Shown: in pieces, positions 62,403 through 64,000 of the stretch
Layout of the letters: each line of letters begins with the position of its first letter
Position numbering within the stretch: position 1 is the first letter of the stretch
NCBI GenBank assembly: GCA_963701965.1
Contig: OY969695.1
Coordinates: 416,001 to 480,000 of the forward strand
Direction: 5' to 3'
Source: an uncultured Gemmatimonadales bacterium
GTDB taxonomy: Bacteria; Gemmatimonadota; Gemmatimonadetes; Gemmatimonadales; Gemmatimonadaceae
DNA length: 64,000 nt
Notes under the pieces: model-generated
Told to the model about the DNA's origin: nothing
Seen by the model: the letters and a program-made list of their open reading frames with translations, nothing else
Database searches by the model: none
Translations under genes and position numbers: made by a program

Positions 62403-62414
62403 AATTGTCGCACC

Positions 62415-64000
62415 GTGGCCAATGATACCATAGGCGTCCTGGCAACCGAGCTGGCGCAAGTTTTTCAGCCGCTCGAGACACGCCTCGCGTCGGGAAATGT
62501 CATCAGCCTCTTCGCGGAGCTCGGACTCGCCTTTCCGCCCGCGCTCACGGCTCAGGCCGGCGTCTCCAACGCGCTGACGCAGGCGACGACCGCCGTCACC
62601 GCCCTCCCGGCGCTCATCACGCAGCTCGACACGGCGATCAGCGCCAATGACGTCGCCCAGATCGTCGCGGCCATCGGCAAGCTGCTGCAAGCCGCCGCCG
62701 AGGTCTTGACCGCGATCGACGCGATCGCCTCGGCGATCGACGCCGCGGCTTCTTCCCTCCCGGGCCTCACACCGGCCGACGTCAGCGCGTTCGCGGGCGA
62801 GCTGGCCGACGCGCTCCTGGGCTACGTCGTCGTCTCGTACCTGGAGAGCTACTACCCGCGACTGCGCGCCTGCCTCGCGCTGTTCGGCATCATCGAGGCG
62901 ACACCACAGAACACGACGTCGACGGATCCGACGAAACCGCCCTACACCCAGCGCCGCGATCCATCTCGACGCCCTTCCCAATCTGCTCAAGAAGCCGCTC
63001 GACTTCCTCACGTCCGAGTATGGCTGGAACACACCGGGCTTCGACGGCACGCTCCTGCTGGACCGCGGCGCCGACGTCCTCTACGCGTTCGCTGTTCCGG
63101 CGAAGTACGCCAAAGCAACGGCGACGACGCCGCCGTCGATTCGCGTCTTGCTGCTGTCCCTCACCACCAACGCGGCGCTCTCGCCGCCCGGCCTCCGACT
63201 GGCGGTCGAGATTGGCCTCACCGACGGATTCACGATCACGGTGCCGTTCTTTATGGACGGGTGGTCGATCCAGATCGTCGGCAAGGGCGCGCTCGCCACG
63301 GGGCTCGCGGTCGACATCGCGCCGCCCAGCACGATCACGCTCGTGCCGCCGAGCGGAACGCTCGATGGCCAGCTGTGGTTCAATCTCGTCGGCGCACCGG
63401 TCGCCCCGGCGACGACCCTGCCGATCTTCGGCGCCGCGGGCAGCATCGCCGTCCAGGCCGGCGGCATTACCGCGGGAATCGGCGCCGACTTCTCCTGGGA
63501 CGCGGCCAACAACCACGCCACCGGCGAGATGGCGATCCAGGCCGGTGTCTCGAAGGGCCAAGTCGTCATCAAGTCGTCCGACGTCGACAGCTTCCTTTCG
63601 TCGCTGCTGCCACCGGACGGCCTGACCGCCAATTTCGATTTCACCGTCGGGTGGTCCGGCTCGAAAGGCGTCTACTTCACGGGCAGCGCGGGCCTCGAGA
63701 CCACGATCGCCCTCAACCTGTCGATTGGCCCGCTCACGATTCCCACGCTGTACGTGGCGATCGACATCTCGAGCGCCGGACAGCTCTCACTCGAAGCAAG
63801 CGTCGCCGCCGGAGCGACATTGGGACCCATCGCGGCCTCTGTCGATCGGATCGGCGCGTTGGCCACGCTCGCGTTCCAAAAAGGCAACCTGGGCCCCGTC
63901 GACCTGTCGATCGGCTTCAAGCCACCGACCGGACTGGGCATCAGCATCGACGCCGGCCCGATCACGGGCGGCGGATTCATCTCGTACGACCCGCCGAGCG
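62415..64000 (+). CDS. large DUF6603-like protein, frameshifted at about 62954, truncated by the window edge
   Basis: Not in the ORF track; read by hand: helical N-terminus MANDTIGVLATELAQVFQPL..., then in the +1 frame YGWNTPGFDG...GVYFTGSAGLE...GNLGPVDLSIGFKPPTGLGISIDAGPITGGGF, which resembles DUF6603 proteins from memory. Confidence 0.7.
   Translation, partial: MANDTIGVLATELAQVFQPLETRLASGNVISLFAELGLAFPPALTAQAGVSNALTQATTAVTALPALITQLDTAISANDVAQIVAAIGKLLQAAAEVLTAIDAIASAIDAAASSLPGLTPADVSAFAGELADALLGYVVVSYLESYYPRLRACLALFGIIEATPQNTTSTDPTKPPYTQRRDPSRRPSQSAQEAARLPHVRVWLEHTGLRRHAPAGPRRRRPLRVRCSGEVRQSNGDDAAVDSRLAAVPHHQRGALAARPPTGGRDWPHRRIHDHGAVLYGRVVDPDRRQGRARHGARGRHRAAQHDHARAAERNARWPAVVQSRRRTGRPGDDPADLRRRGQHRRPGRRHYRGNRRRLLLGRGQQPRHRRDGDPGRCLEGPSRHQVVRRRQLPFVAAATGRPDRQFRFHRRVVRLERRLLHGQRGPRDHDRPQPVDWPAHDSHAVRGDRHLERRTALTRSKRRRRSDIGTHRGLCRSDRRVGHARVPKRQPGPRRPVDRLQATDRTGHQHRRRPDHGRRIHLVRPAE

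Overview
High-GC bacterial chromosomal window; gene content (Ig-like/LVIVD, ECF sigma + Ser/Thr kinase pair, TPR-HD-GYP, carboxypeptidase-regulatory-like proteins) suggests Gemmatimonadota, which is an inference. In order it holds: pyrR-pyrB-pyrC; an XRE regulator with candidate operators; an Ig-LVIVD + YVTN beta-propeller pair; a YfcC transporter, an S9 peptidase and a group II PLP decarboxylase; a long minus-strand phenylacetate operon (paaG-H-J-Y-Z-A-B-C-D) that lacks paaE/paaK and continues into a fused 2-oxoacid dehydrogenase E1, a crotonase, an aminotransferase, an arginase-family gene and crcB; a phosphoesterase; an EF-G paralog with degenerate GTPase motifs; a five-gene signalling cluster; an ECF sigma-kinase pair; a redox/stress operon containing an internally deleted dioxygenase; a DUF305-LVIVD-LVIVD-hypothetical-multicopper oxidase-Tat PLP enzyme cluster; and, at the right edge, a small protein + M14 carboxypeptidase + large DUF6603-like protein operon that runs off the window. 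The best candidates for an undescribed system are the His-propeller/copper cluster, the edge operon and the remodelled paa operon. Several single-base frameshifts, and a dense patch at about 54.2-57.9 kb, look like long-read sequencing errors. No rRNA, tRNA, CRISPR array or transposase/integrase was seen. Family assignments are from motif recognition only; no searches were run.
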